DNA from: Strigamia acuminata
Taxonomy: Eukaryota
Direction of reading: 5' to 3'
Assembly: GCA_949358305.1 (NCBI GenBank)
Contig: OX442314.1
Coordinates: 4,774,001 to 4,838,000 of the forward strand
DNA: 64,000 nt
A program made the translations under genes and the position numbers. Shown here piece after piece: positions 11,035 to 24,300 of this stretch. The stretch's first letter is position 1. The number at the start of each line of letters is the position of its first letter. Below the pieces are notes generated by a model that searched no databases, was not told the origin of the DNA, and was given only the letters and a program-made list of their open reading frames with translations.

Positions 11035-14000
11035 ATGACCGCTGGTAAGACGAATAAAGGGCCCATGGCTGGCTACCAGGACAAAGATAAACCGGCTCAG
11101 ATTAGGAACAGTAACATCACCGCCGCAAAAGGTAACGCGCATGAAAATGAAGAAAATCGAGAATTGTAATGGAAAAATGAATTATTTCAGCCGTTGCGGA
11201 TGCTATTCGAACGAGTTTGGGACCCAGAGGAATGGACAAAATGGTACTCGCAAAAGTTCTTTGTTTAAATTGCTTAGTGATTGAATTTGTTTCAGATTCA
11301 AGCCGCGAATGGCGATGTGACCATTACCAATGATGGGGCGACAATTCTGAAGCAAATGCAAGTGATTCATCCCGCTGCTAAAATGGTATAAGTTGAAAGA
11401 AAAATATAAGGAGTCGAAGAATTGGATTTTTTGGTTTGAAAGAGGAAAAATCGAATTTTGTTGGTGCTAAAAGTGGAATAGATGGTTTTAAATATGAAAA
11501 ATAAAGGATTTTTTGATTAAATAATTAAGAAATTAGAGAAAAATGAATTTTTTGATGAGAAAAATTGAAAAAACTGAAAAATTTGATCAAAATAATCAAG
11601 AAATTTAGGAAAACTTTAAAATTTTGTTTAAGAAATCAAAAAAGATACCGAAATTGTTATTTATAAATCAGGAAAACTAAAATTTTGTCTACAAAATGGG
11701 GGGAAAAGTTGAATTTTCGATTAAAATCAAGAAAACAAAGTTTTGACTAAAAATTGAATTTTTAATTCAAATAGTCAAGGAGATTGTGAAAACCTGAAAA
11801 TTTTGTTTAAAAACTAAAATTTATGATTTTAAAAACGGGAAAAAAAAGAATTTTGATTAAAAAAATTAGGAAAACTTGAATTTCTCTAAAAAAAAATACT
11901 AAAAAATTGAATTTTTCGATTAAAGCAAAAAAAAACTGAAAGTTAGTTCACAAAATTGATTTCTTGATTTAAAAATCAAAAAACTGAATTTTTTTATTTA
12001 AAAATCCAAAGGAATTGAAATTCTTGATTTAAAATTCCAAAAAACTGAATTTTTTGATTTAAAAAACCAGAAAAATTGAATTTCTTGATTTAAAAATACA
12101 AAAGAACTGAATTTCTTGATTTAAAAATCCAAAAAACTGAAATTCTTCACTTTTTAACTGCAATTGACACCAATCTCTTTCTCCAATTCCAGTTAGTTGA
12201 ATTATCGAAAGCTCAGGACGTCGAGGCCGGCGACGGAACCACGACCGTAGTAGTCATCGCTGGAAGTCTGCTCGACTCCACCCAGAAATTACTCGCCAGA
12301 GGAATCCACCCGACGACCATTTCCGACGCATTCCAACGCGCTGCGACGAAATCTGCAGAAATCCTCTCCAATTTGGCGACCCCGGTCGACCTGGCTGACC
12401 GAGAAGCGCTTTTAAAAAGCGCCTCGACCGCCCTCAACTCAAAGGTGAAAGAAAAACGACGAAAAATCGTATTTTTTCGAATTTTTTTCATATTTTTCTT
12501 ATTTAATTCGACAGGTGGTTTCTCAACATTCGACTCAACTTGCGCCGATCGCCGTTGAAGCCGTTTTGAGAGTCATCGACCCATTAAAGGACACTAATGT
12601 CGATTTGAGGGACATCAAAGTGATTAGGAAATTGGGGTATGGCGAGAAAAAATGATGAAAAAGTGGATAGAATTGTTTGAATATATTTATTTATATTTTT
12701 GTTTGCAGTGGGACTGTGGATGACACGGAATTAATCGAAGGATTAGTGTTTACGCAGCGAACTGGGGGCTCGGGAGGCCCCACGCGCATGGAGAAGGCGA
12801 AAATAGGACTGATTCAGTTTTGTTTGTCTCCGCCGAAAACTGATGTAATTATTTGTTTTTAACGAAATTAATTCCATTTTGTTAAAAAAAAAATTGTTTT
12901 TGTGATTTTTCAAACGAAAAGCGAATTTTTTTCATGTTTTTGTTGATTTTTCAAACGAAAAGTAAATTTTTTTCACGTTTTTGTTGATTTTTCAAACGAA
13001 AAGTGAATTTTTTCACGTTTTTGTTGATTTCTCAAACGAAAAGTGAATTTTTTTTACGTTTTCGTTGATTTTTCCAACGAAAAACGAATTTTCTTCACGT
13101 TTTTGTTGATTTTTCAAACGAAAAGCGAATTTTCTTCACGTTTTTGTTAATTTTTCAAACGAAAAGCGAATTTTTTTCACGTTTTTGTTGATTTTTCGAA
13201 TACAAAGCGAATTTTTCTCACGTTTTTGTTGATTTTTCGAACGAAAAGTTGAATTTTTTTCACGTTTTTGTTGATTTTTCAAACAAAAAGTGAATTTTTT
13301 TCACGTTTTTGTTGATTTTTCGAACGAAAAGCGAATTTTTCTCACGTTTCAATACACAAATAATGAATTTCCTCGAATTTTTTTGACCGATAACTTCTAA
13401 TTCCATCCATTTCTAACCATTTTTCAGATGGAAAACAACGTGATAGTGTCGGATTACTCGCAAATGGATCGCGTTTTACGCGAAGAACGTGTTTACATTC
13501 TAAACCTCGTCAAACAGATCAAAAAAGCCGGCTGCAACGTTCTCCTCATCCAAAAATCGATTCTCAGGTACTTAAACTAAACTAAACAAACCAAAACAAA
13601 TAAAATTAAAACAAATTCAACTCTGTAGAGACGCAGTCAACGATTTGGCGCTTCACTTTCTGGCCAAAATGAAGATCATGATAATCAAAGACATCGAGCG
13701 AGAAGATATCGAATTCATCAGCAAAAGCTTGGGGTGTCGTCCTGTGGCTAGCATCGACCACTTCACGCCCGAGACGTTGGGCTCGGCCGACCTGATCGAG
13801 GAGATCGGCGGAAATGGCAGCAAGATGGTCAAGGTGAGTGAATCGTTTGAAATTTGAACGATTGTGATGAGAAGTGATCAGTTATGAAATATTCTTTTGA
13901 TTTCATTTTGTTTTCTCCACTTCATCTGATTTTGTTTGGTTTTTTTTCTGGCTTTTGGTTGAGGTTTGGGTTTTGGGTGATTTTGTTTGATTGTTTTTGT

Positions 14001-15184
14001 TTGGTTTTGTTTTAGGTTACTGGAGTGCAGAATGCGGGCAAGACTGTTACGATTCTTATTCGTGGATCGAATAAGTTGGTTTTGGAGGAGGCCGAGAGGT
14101 CGCTGCATGACGCTTTGTGTGTTATTCGTTGTTTGGTTAAGAAGAGGTTTGTTGAGCTTTTTTTTGTTTTGAAAATTTTGGGAGTTTTGTTGGAAATTTG
14201 AAAAATTGTTGGGGAGTTTTGTAGTTTTGCGAATTTTTACTGAAAATTTTTGTGAAATTTTACCATTTATTAATTCATTTTTCTGAAATTTTACCGTTTT
14301 CAATTGATTTTGGCGAAATTTTACCATTTTTCAATTGATTTCGGTGAAATTTTACCATTTTTCAGTTTTTTTCGGTGAAATTTCATCATTTTTCAATTGA
14401 TTTTGGTGAAATTTTACCATTTTTTAATTGATTTTGGTGAAATTTTACCATTTTTCAGTTGATTTCGGTGAAATTTTACCATTTTTTAATTGATTTTGGT
14501 GAAATTTTACCATTTTTCAATTGATTTCGGTGAAATTTTACCATTTTTCAATTGATTTTGGTGGAATTTTACTATTTTTCAATTGTTGAAATTTTACTAT
14601 TTTTTATTGAAATTTTGGACAATTTCACAATTTTTCGTTAAAATTTTGTCGCAATTTTACAATTTTTCGTTAAAATTTTGGACAATTTCACAAATTTTCG
14701 TTAAAATTTTGGACAATTTCACAGATTTTCGTTAATTTTGGACCATTTCACAATTTCTCGTTCAGATTTTCTCGAACTTCTCCTTGCAATCTAAACATTT
14801 GAATAAATCTTTTGCAGGGCTTTAATCGCCGGAGGTGGAGCGCCCGAAATCGAACTCTCCCTTCGCCTGACGGAATTCTCGCAGACGTTGACCGGAATGG
14901 AAGCCTACTGCTTCCGATCGTTCGCCGACGCCCTCGAAGTGATCCCTTCGACCCTGGCCGAAAACGCCGGCCTCAACCCCATCGCCACCGTCACCGAGCT
15001 GCGCAACCGCCACGCGCACGGCGAATTCACGGCCGGCATCAACGTGCGCAAGGGCGCCATCACCAACATCCTCGAGGAGAACGTGGTGCAGCCGCTGCTC
15101 GTCTCACTCAGCGCCGTCCAGCTCGCCACCGAGACCGTGCGCTGCATCTTGAAAATCGACGACATCGTCAACGCACTTCGCTGA
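11035..15184 (+). CDS. CCT4: T-complex protein 1 subunit delta (chaperonin CCT4)
   Basis: 10 exons: 11035-11131, 11191-11243, 11296-11385, 12193-12444, 12515-12636, 12709-12844, 13428-13567, 13629-13833, 14016-14146, 14818-15184. N-terminus [46 protein letters not shown] motif, [16 protein letters not shown]-terminus [12 protein letters not shown] are delta-subunit signatures. Confidence 0.97.
12895..13350. repeat. Intronic tandem array, about 40-bp unit (tttttgttgatttttcaaacgaaaagcgaatttttttcacg)
   Basis: About 11 copies in CCT4 intron 6. Confidence 0.9.
14250..14760. repeat. Intronic tandem arrays, about 30-bp units (gattttggtgaaattttaccattttttcaatt, then aaaattttggacaatttcacaatttttcgtt)
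   Basis: CCT4 intron 9. Confidence 0.88.
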
Positions 15185-15421
15185 AAATTCATTTCCTTTC
15201 TATTTCTGTTAATTGTTCGCCTTTTCTTACTTGAATATTAAATAAAACGACTGTAGTGGCGCTTGCTAATAAAGATAATCAATAAACAGTGTTCTCTGTA
15301 TTTTATTTATCGTATTTGTTCACTCAAAGCTGGATTTTTTGGCCAAATATTGAGTGGTTTGTTTAAAATTTACGTTTTTGCCACATCAACTAGTGGCGCC
15401 GTATGGCGGTATTCCCTTTTA

Positions 15422-15870
15422 GACTCTTATCTCGTTCTTTCCATCAGCCAATCACAACTAACCTCGGATTAGGATTATGGCGGAGGAAATATACATTTAA
15501 AGTTTATTTCGTTAATCTTCTGGTTTTAAAATTGATAGTTTACAATTATTTGCGAATAAAGTAGTCTATTTCCTTGTTTTTAACTCAAATGTTTGATTTG
15601 AATCGCGTAATTTTGCAGAAATTGAATTAACTATTGAACGGGTGACTTGAAGCACCACCGTAATTGTACGCATTTTCGAAAATTGGTTGTTTTTGTAAAT
15701 AATACATTACTTGTCAATCTCTGGCTTCTCGTCAATTTAGGAGAAAATCTTTCGCCTTTTACTAAAGATTTCCGTGGCGAGGAGCATTCAATGAGTCTGT
15801 AGACGAATTTTTGCAGTCCTGTCTTTGACGGGACAATAAACGAATAAAAAATAGAATTTTAAACCTTTCT
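15422..15870. repeat. Dispersed repeat, copy 2 (inverted relative to 10141-10588)
   Basis: See copy 1. Confidence 0.92.
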
Positions 15871-16214
15871 TTTCTTCTTTTTGGATCCGGAAACACAAAT
15901 ATTTAAATATTTTAAATCTTTCATTTTTCATATTTTTGTTTTTATGGTCGAATTCAAATTTTCCATTAAATTTGCCTGTGGTCGTCGGCTTCGATCGCCC
16001 GAAACGGAATCTTTCCTTGATCAAATTTAAAAGTAAAACATACAGGCTTGTGTGGAATGCAATTTCCAATCGAATGAGCCTGGTTCCAGAATTTTTCGAC
16101 TTCTTTATAATGCCGAAATCATGAATAAACGTATCGGGCCGAACATTTTGGCATCCATTAAAGGACACAGGTTCGGCCAGGTGGCGCACCGGTGTGATGA
16201 CATTTCGCAGTAAA

Positions 16215-16437
16215 TCGCCTTTTCTTACTTGAATATTAATAAAAAACGACTGAGGTGGCACGTGCTAATAAAGATAATCAATAAACAGTGTTCTCTGCAT
16301 TTTATTTATCGTATTTGTTCACTTAATTTGATTTTTTTTTCACTCAAAACTAGATTTTTGGCCGAAGATTGAATGATTAGGCCTAAAGTTTATTTTTTTT
16401 GCCACATCGACTAGTGGCGCCGTATGGCGGTATTCCC
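16215..16437 (+). repeat. Direct duplicate of the CCT4 3' UTR/poly(A) region 15217-15416
   Basis: Shares tcgccttttcttacttgaatatta, gctaataaagataatcaataaacagtgttctctg and ctagtggcgccgtatggcggtattccc with 15217-15416. Confidence 0.9.
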
Positions 16438-16815
16438 ATATACACAGTTCTATTTATCAAGTGCACAGAATAATCAAACAAAATAAATTTATTTCCGTTA
16501 ATCAAAACCATTTCGTGGAAGATAAAAATTTCAATTTGACCGCTATAAAATTTACACTAGATATTACAATATTTGTATGCATCATGGGTCCATCTTTTAT
16601 TAAACACTCGTACTAAAACCTGGTTGCTATGAGTAAACAAACCGTCGCCGCATAAACGAAATATAAAAAAATCAATAATGCGAGGACCGGCAAGAGTACT
16701 CGCAGTTAATCGTTTAATCGTTCCGAGATAGTGATAAGGTTTGTTACAAGTCGCCATGAGTTAAAACGCCTCTATTCGGTGTCTTCTGTCAAATTAACGT
16801 TCAATTCGAACCAAC

Positions 16816-19800
16816 ATGGCCGACGATCTCTGTACGCTAAGTATCTCAATATCTAGTCAAAATATATTTCAAAATTTAATTCATTTCCGCTTGAAATCGA
16901 TAACTCAAAAAGCAACCTCGTTTTTAATCCAACACACTTATTTACCATAAAATTCATTACTAAAATTTAATTCTTTTTATACATTTATTAAATTTCCGTT
17001 TTTACCTCCAATCAATCCATACCTAACCCAAACCGTATTTCATCTTCTCAACCTCGAACTTCGCGACACCTCGCGACAAAACCAATAACGAATCTAACCA
17101 AAGACCAAACCTCGTGATGTACCGCTCTCCGTCTAGTTAAAAATCCAAAATGGCACCAATCGAGCAAATATGTTATCAAATTCCCATCTAATTTCCCCAA
17201 TTTTTCTCCTTTTTAACCCAAATTTCAGCTAACGAAGTAATAGTTCCGCTTCTCGGTATGTCCGCCGAAGCCCAGGTAACCGGTAACGTGGCCAGCAATC
17301 GCTTAACGGGTCGGAAAAAGCGCTACAACGTCAACAGGAACTTGCAGGTGATGCGATAAATGGAGAAAAACGTGAAAAATTGAATGAAATTTACCGAAAT
17401 TTAAATATTTGTAGGACGTGGAGCCGAACGGAGACTTGGATGCCGAGGTTACGAGTAATAACGTGCGAAACGAGACGAATTCGGGCCCGGAATGGGCGGC
17501 GGAAGAGGAGGAGGAGCTGAAATACGGAGCGAAACATGTCATCAAGCTGTTCGTTCCGGTCACGTTGTGCATGTTGGTGGTCGTGGCCACGATCAGTTCG
17601 GTCACGTTTTATACTCAGAGGGGCAGTTACTTGTAATTAACGTGTTGGAGTGTCTGGGTGAGCACCGAAAATCCGAAAAATGGAGAAAATAAAATCGAAA
17701 ACATCGAAAAATAACAGAAATAATACAAAATAATGAATTTACGTCGTTTATTCGACCGTTCGAAGGTTAAAAATCGCGTTATTTCTGATTTTTAATGGAA
17801 ATTAATCGGTTTTTCGCCCAAAATCGAAAAAAAAATAATTTTAAAATTCTAAAAATTAAATTTAAAAAATTCTAAAATAATAGAAATAACAAAAATAACG
17901 AATAAATGCAAATTCACGTTGATCTTTTACAGTTTGAACGTTAAAAATCGCGTTATTTCTGCATTTAAAATGGAAATTCATCGATTTTTCGCCCGAAATC
18001 GGACAAAATCGACGGATATTTGTACAAAATTCGATTACCCGGATAGACGGTGTTGAAACCCTGCGATCTGGTTATTTTAGAGTTTGAGAATTTCGAGATT
18101 TTAATTTTTATCGTTTTATTATTTGTAGAGTTTACACACCGTTCCATGAAAACAGTCCAGATCCGGGCACCAAAGCGTGGCAGTCGATCGCCAATGCTTT
18201 TATATTGATGGGGGTCATCGTTGTAATGACCATCTTTCTTATATTGTTGTATAAATATAAGTGTTACAAGGTTTTTGTGCTTTTTTTGGTCATTTTTTTG
18301 TGGTTTTTGTTGATTTTTTTGTTTTTTTTTAGGTGATTCATGGCTGGCTGATATTGTCGTCGCTTATGCTGTTGTTTCTGTTTGCGTATATTTACTTAGG
18401 GTGAGGAATTTCAGTGGAATTTGATCGATTTTGAATTTATTTTATTTTGTTTTCATTTTGTATCAATTTTTTTCACTTTTTTAATTTAATTTTTAATTTT
18501 TTTCTGTTTTTTTCCAATTTTTTCTGGTTTTTCCAGTTAATTTTCAATTAATTCTCCACTTTTTTTTATCTTTATTTTGATTATTTTGATTATTTTCAAT
18601 TTTATTTTCTTTTTCTCACTTTTTCTGTTTTTACCAATTGATTTTCAATTAATTTTCCACTTTTTTCCATTTTTTCTGGTTTTTTTAATTGATTTTCAAT
18701 TAATTTTCCACTTTTTCATCTTTATTTTGATTATTTTCAATTTTATTTATTTATTTTTTCACTTTTTTTCAGTTTTCTCTTAATATTTTTCTATTTCTTT
18801 TATTTTTTTTTTATTTTTATTTAATTTTTGTTTTCAATTTTTGCTCATTTTTAATTTTTTTTCGGTTTGTTGCAGGGAAGTGCTTCGTGCCTACAACGTT
18901 CCAATGGATTACATCACCCTGGTGTTCATAATGTGGAATTTTGGAGTGGTGGGAATGATTTGCATCCATTGGAAAGGCCCGCTCCTCCTCCAACAAGCCT
19001 ATTTAATCGTCGTTGCCGCCTTGATGGCTTTAGTATTTATCAAATATTTACCCGATTGGACCACGTGGGTCGTCCTAGGTGTCATTTCCATTTGGGGTAA
19101 ATTTTTAACAACAACAATTTAACATTATAAATTTTAATTCAAAAAATTGAATTTTTTTAATTTTATTTCAAAAAATTTTCAATTTTTTAAATTTTATTTC
19201 AAAAAATAAAAAATTTTCGGATTTAATTAAAAAAAATTAATTTTTTCGATTTTAATTCAAAAAATTGATTTTGTTCGATTTTAATTCAAAAAATTCAATT
19301 CTTTTCGATTTTAATTCAAAAAATTGATTTTGTTCGATTTTAATTCAAAAAATTGAATTTTTTCAATTTTATTTCAAAAAATTCAATTTATTTTTTTTAA
19401 TTTTTTCGATTTTATTTCAAAAAATTGAATTTTTTTTCAATTCTTTGCAGATTTAATTGCTGTGTTGTGTCCAAAAGGTCCTTTGAGGATACTGGTGGAA
19501 ACAGCTCAGGAACGCAACGAACCAATTTTCCCAGCTTTAATTTACAGTTGTACGTTGGAAATATATACATACCTACACAATGTCAAAAAAAAGATTTTAT
19601 TTAAAAAATTAATTTTTGCTTTTTTGTTGTTTCTAGCCACTGTGGTGTACAGTATGATGGCGGACAGAGAAACAGGAGTCGAAGAACGATCCAATACAGC
19701 AAATCATACCGGTCAAGGTATTTGGTCTAAAACAAACATATTTTCCGTATTCGCATTTGGGATTTAAAATTGCAATTTTACACTTCACATGCAATTTCAC

Positions 19801-20927
19801 ATATGAAAACGCAATTTTACACGCACATATTTATCCTTGAAAGACAATTTTACAAATAAATAATGCATTTTTTCTATCCTAAAATGCATTTTTTCATCCT
19901 AAAATGCATTTTTTTAAATCTTAAAATGCATTTTTTCGTCCTAAAATGCATTTTTTTAAATCTTAAAATGCATTTTTTCGTCCTAAAATGCATTTTTTTA
20001 AATCTTAAAATGCATTTTTTCGTCCTAAAATGCATTTTTTCATCCCTAAATGCATTTTTTTTTATCCTAAAATGCATATTTTCCATCCTAAAATGCATTT
20101 TTTCATCCAAAAATTCATTTTTTTTCATCCTAAAATGCATTTTTTCATCCTAAAATGCATTTTTTCATCCTAAAATGCATTTTTTTAAATCTTAAAATGC
20201 ATTTTTTCGTCCTAAAATGCATTTTTTTAAATCTTAAAATGCATTTTTTCGTCCTAAAATGCATTTTTTTAAATCTTAAAATGCATTTTTTCGTCCTAAA
20301 ATGCATTTTTTCATCCCTAAATGCATTTTTTTTTATCCTAAAATGCATATTTTCCATCCTAAAATGCATTTTTTCATCCAAAAATTCATTTTTTTTCATC
20401 CTAAAATGCATTTTTTTTTATCCTAAAATGCATTTTTTCATCCTAAAATGCATTTTTTCATCCTAAAATGCATTTTTTTCCATCTTAAAATGCACTTTTT
20501 CCGTCTAAAAATTGACTTTTTCCGTCTAAAAATGCACTTTTTCATGTTACAATGTACATTTCTGCAGGTAAAGAACATTTTTAGCTCAGAAAATGCAGTT
20601 TTTAGTCACAAGAACCATTTTATTCACCATCTTAAAAGTTATTTTTTCCTCTTAAAAACGCACTTTATGGCAATTATTATTACACAAAAATTGCACTTTT
20701 TGATCTCAAAATCCATTCTTCACCATTTTCACAGCAGGAAACGCAACTCCCGAAGATCAAGAAGCAGGCTTCTCACGCGAATGGCTCGTGCGTCGAGGTA
20801 CCGGAGCCAATCAAACAAGAATCGACGAGAACGGTCGAAGATCTCAACGCCGCTCGATGCCGAACGGCGATCCGGTCACTAATCAGGACGAAGAGGAAGA
20901 ACGTAAATTTCTCCATTGGAGTGCAAA

Positions 20928-20959
<32 letters not shown>

Positions 20960-21354
20960 GTTGGTGGTGGCGCCCTCTTGCGGCGTTACTCATTTTTTTT
21001 TTTTTTTCAAATTTTGTCACTAGGTGGAGTGAAGTTAGGTCTTGGGGATTTCATTTTCTACAGCGTATTGGTTGGAAAAGCGTCATCTTACGGTGATTGG
21101 AACACGACTCTAGCTTGCTTCGTCGCCATTTTGATAGTAAATTATAAAAAATTTTATTTTAAATAATGTTAAATTAATTTAAAAATAATTTTTTTTAGGG
21201 TTTATGTTTAACTCTGCTTTTGTTAGCCATTTTTCAAAAGGCTTTGCCGGCTCTGCCCATATCGATAACATTCGGGCTTATATTCTATTTCCTCACTAAG
21301 GAAATAGTTCAGCCGTTTGCCGACAGTCTCGCGAGCGAACAAGTTTACATTTGA
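16816..21354 (+). CDS. PSEN: Presenilin (gamma-secretase catalytic subunit)
   Basis: Exons 16816-16831 (tentative start), 17229-17347, 17415-17632, 18129-18270, 18333-18400, 18876-19096, 19451-19549, 19637-19717, 20735-20902, 21024-21136, 21199-21354. [20 protein letters not shown], catalytic ISIWDL and [35 protein letters not shown], ends EQVYI*. Confidence 0.97.
19860..20540. repeat. Intronic tandem array, 20-21-bp unit with ATGCAT core; contains a 271-bp higher-order duplication
   Basis: cctaaaatgcattttttcat repeats; ORFs 19874-20140 and 20145-20411 translate identically. Confidence 0.92.
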
Positions 21355-24300
21355 AAAATCATTGAGTTTTTTTTTCATTTTTCTTCATTTGATTTTATTT
21401 TAAAATCCTCATAATATGTTTTATTGTACGTGAATAAATGTGTTTCTAATTTAAATAATAAAACTGTAACAACATCAAGTGAATAAAACGATAAAATCGC
21501 TCTTTTTTGATACGAAAAACGTCCATTTTGGTTAAACCGCGACACCCGGTGATGAATTATCGCAATTTCAAAAAACGACAAAAATTAAAAATAACCAAAA
21601 TAAATTTCGAATAACTCATTAAAAATCGTTTATTTGTGTTTGAAATAATTGCAAACACCGTAAAACCGTTTTTTGAATATAAATTTTCCATTCGAGACGG
21701 AAGCGCCGTAAAATGCGAGTGATTTAAAACCCGTTGCCGGCTGAATCGGGTAATTAAACGAATCATCCGAGATCCTAATTCGCACATTATCTGTTAATGT
21801 GATTGCTAATTGCACAATTAAGATTCTCCTAACAAGACAGGAGGTGTGCAGTGCAGTCTTAATTTAATTAACTTGTTTCTCGATCAACAAAACTTGATAA
21901 CGCGCCGCGAAAAAACGAAAGAAAAATTCCCATTCAATAAATGACGTCATTCCAATACTCTCAACCCCATCCCCTGAGAGCAAACACAAACAAAACAACA
22001 ACACTAAACAGCTAATTTTACATCGATTACATGAAATTTCTAAATAAATTTTAATAATTAATAATAATAATAAATTTAATTATAAAAAAAAAAATTTCTA
22101 GCCTCGTTTCCACACTCGATGCACTCGTCAACGAAGAAATTAAAATGGCGTGCGCCACCGATCTAAATAATTCAAATCGTAATAGTCACGATATGATGCA
22201 ACTATGATGTCATAATTAATAAACCAAGGGTGCCCGAACCATCTAAATTTATTCCATCTAAATTAAAGTAATTATCTCGACCCACTTTGTCCCAGAAATA
22301 GAAAAAAGGAACCCCCTTTACACGAGATTACGTCATAAGGCGCTTACGGTACGAGAGTGAGTGCGCATGGGCACACACAGAGCTCGCGTCAATCGGATTG
22401 CGCACCATAGACAATAGAAATGGGGAGAGATTCTCTTCACCCCTAGTGGAGATGTTTGGAAACAAATTCATTTCGAGAAAGGGTTAACCGAAAATTGATT
22501 CAAATCCTTTCGAGGGGTGGAATTAATGGCGGAAGGGGGGTTAAACGCCATGTTTGACTGTGTTTCGGGGCTCGTGGGACCTGTCAGGGGTCACGTGCGT
22601 CGAGGGCCATAACGTAAACGTATGGCGCGCCACTTGCTTCCATTACGCGCTAATTACATCAGTAGGCCGTGTTAGACAATGGCGGTGCGCATGCGCGCTG
22701 TTGCAGCAGGTAGGATGTAAATCAGATGGATGGAAATGGGTTGGCTTTGTGTAGAGATGTCCCATCGCGCTAATTTGCGAATTAAATACTAGCGGGAGAA
22801 CGGAACCCACTTGGGATCGGGTAGTGATGGATGAGGGGTTTGTGGGTCGTTTTGAAACACTTTGTTTGGAGTGAGGTGGAATGATGATTTATGGTTTATC
22901 GTGTGGAGGGGAATTCGATTAAGGGGAATTAGGAATTGAGTGGTAATCGGCGAGTTTGGTTTGCAAATTGATTGAATTTTTATTCGATTTTCGGTTTTTT
23001 TTTTTTTTTTTAAATCGATTTTTTTTTCTTGGCGATTGTTTTATTCGGTTTGGTGTGTTTTGGTGTGTTTTGTGGTTGAAAAAATCGATTATTTTATTCG
23101 ATTTGGGGTGTTATGAGGTTTTTTTTATTTTTAAATCGATTAATTTAATCGATTTCGTGATTTCTGAAGACATGTTTTTGGGAAAATCGATTATTTTAGT
23201 CGATTTTGTGTCTAAAAAATGTATTTTTTGAAAAAATATTGATGATTTTAGTCGATTTTGAGTCACAAACCACATGTTTTTGAAAAAATCGAATACTTTA
23301 GTCGATTTAGTGTCACAAACCACATTTTGTTGAAAAAAATCGAATACTTTTACAAATCGAATACGTTAGTCGATTTCGTGTCACAAAAACACATTTTATG
23401 TTAAAGAAAATCGATTTTTTTTTTCTTCCATTTCGTCTCACGATAAGCAGTATTTAATAAAATCGAATATTTTCTTCGATATTATCTCCAATTCAAATGG
23501 TTTATTAAATATCGACTGATTTCACAGATAAAAAGCCCAAAAAAATCGATTTTACCTTTTCAGTTAGAAATTTTGAAAAACATTGATATTTTAATTCGAT
23601 TTTATCAAAACAAACAAAAAAAATTCAAACACATCGAATTCATTTAATCGATTTAAAATAAAAGACCCAAAATAGGCCTATGTTCGGTTGCACGAAAACA
23701 AAAAACCCCTACCGTCGATTTTCGCCAAATTAAACACAAGCAAGTTCCGCCTCGCAATAATTCCTCATTTTCCTATTACCCGATGAAATTAAGAAAAATC
23801 GCATCATCGCAACCCCCATAAATCCGCACACCCGACTGAAGTTAAGGTCCCCGTGTCAAGCGCTTTGAGTTAGCGGATAAAACGCGTCAATTATGCACGT
23901 CCAAATTAAATCTAAATCTCCACCAAATGAGATTACATCATCCCCGTTTCCCCCCGCACTCCACGACCCCCACCCTTCCCTTCCCCCTAAAACATCCCAA
24001 ACATTTTATTCCTCCGTTATTCGCCGAAAACACCATCACATTTTCCAATTTGCCAAACAAACTTCGCTTTATTTCGCCACAATTATCCGCAAAAAGCCGT
24101 TCCACGTTTTAATTACGTCATTTTTGGGCCCGGTCTTTAGTTTCGCAATCGGTCGTGGCATTAATGCGCCCATTTGCGAGTCTTTGATGACCCGAGTAAC
24201 TTCCTTCTTTATGTTCCGAATTATCGACCCCGAACCGGAGTTGATTTTCTTATAAAGAAGAAAACAAACTCGTTAAGAGACCCCTCCACATCCGCACTCT

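Noticed and set aside
15788..16261. 157-aa minus-strand ORF as a transposase or reverse transcriptase fragment
   Set aside because: No recognisable catalytic motifs, and it spans three separately derived repeat segments.
19863..20466. Periodic ORFs such as ([14 protein letters not shown])n, and similar ones at 38152-38596, 45202-45519, 51916-52266, 54795-55256
   Set aside because: Translations of tandem arrays within introns; open in several frames and both strands, with no splice or domain support.
20731..20737. NAGNAG tandem acceptor in presenilin
   Set aside because: Common feature; would change one residue in the variable loop.
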